Assembly (NCBI GenBank): GCA_964658305.1
Contig: OZ210884.1
Span: forward strand, 6,014,001-6,078,000
Direction of reading: 5' to 3'
DNA: 64,000 nucleotides
Source: Leptogorgia sarmentosa
Taxonomy: Eukaryota
Part shown: positions 63,295-64,000 of the stretch, piece after piece
Position numbering within the stretch: the stretch's first letter is position 1
Layout: each line of letters starts with the position of its first letter
Made by a program: the position numbers and the translations under genes
Notes under the pieces: generated by a model
Databases searched by the model: none
Told to the model about the DNA's origin: nothing
The model's input: only the letters and a program-made list of their open reading frames with translations

Positions 63295-64000
63295 CGATTG
63301 ATAATTATGCAGATATTATGACGTCGACTGCTCAATCTAGCAGCAATATATAGCGCAGTAAATTTTGGGTAAATGTGTGTAGGAGGAATCAAGCAAGTTC
63401 ATATTCGAATTCATTTTCTGAATCGTTAAATTAAAATATTGTTCTCTGGTTCACACTTTCTCAGCTACAAAGATTCGACAAATTCATATTCTGCATAATA
63501 TGAAATTTGCGCCGATATTTTTAACGTGAGAGATTCATCAAATAGTTAATTTGTGAAAACTTTAATTTGGAGAAAAAAATAAAATATTTTCGCCATTTTG
63601 AAAAAGCATTCGAGATAACCTTAACAAGAATTTGCATAACGTGTGACAAATTCCCTTTAAACCAAAGTTGAATAGTGATTTTTTCGAGCTTCCCAAAATA
63701 ACCGGTTGATTTATCTGACCCAGACTAAACAGTCTAAACCTAAATATTCCGTGGATGAACTTTCTATCCGACTTTCGAACAACCGCCCCCAGGTGATGTG
63801 AAAACACGGAAAAGTACCGGTACTATCGCTAGCTGTCAAATAAAGATCACAAAATATAATTTAGTTTCCTCCCAAATTTCTGGTAGACCAATCAGTCTTG
63901 CTGAACCTGATCACTAAGTTTCATAAAAGAAATAAGAGGTAACAAAAACAGCAAAATGAAGGTGGCAAATCATTTCGGACGGACTTTTAAGAGCCTTTAC

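Overview
AT-rich, intron-containing animal genomic DNA, probably from a marine invertebrate such as a cnidarian (inferred from gene content and repeat landscape, not proven). The window is dominated by a locally amplified family of an unusual megasynthase gene: a complete Patched/PTCHD3-like RND membrane-transporter domain fused in frame, within a single exon, to a type I polyketide synthase (KS-AT-DH-KRs-degenerate ER-KR-ACP-acidic linker-TE) that ends in a PH-like domain. One copy (B, minus strand, 27841..10271) can be assembled by hand into 12 phase-consistent coding exons (10,671 nt, 3,556 aa) with its catalytic motifs intact. Four other copies or fragments (A, C, D/F, E) are pseudogenised by LTR-element insertion, frameshifts, deletions and a hairpin-associated inverted insertion. 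The window also holds a Gypsy element nested in a BEL/Pao element nested in PKS copy A, many MITEs (one set triply nested, two carrying tRNA-like cores), and an unassigned 621-aa acidic ORF near the right end.
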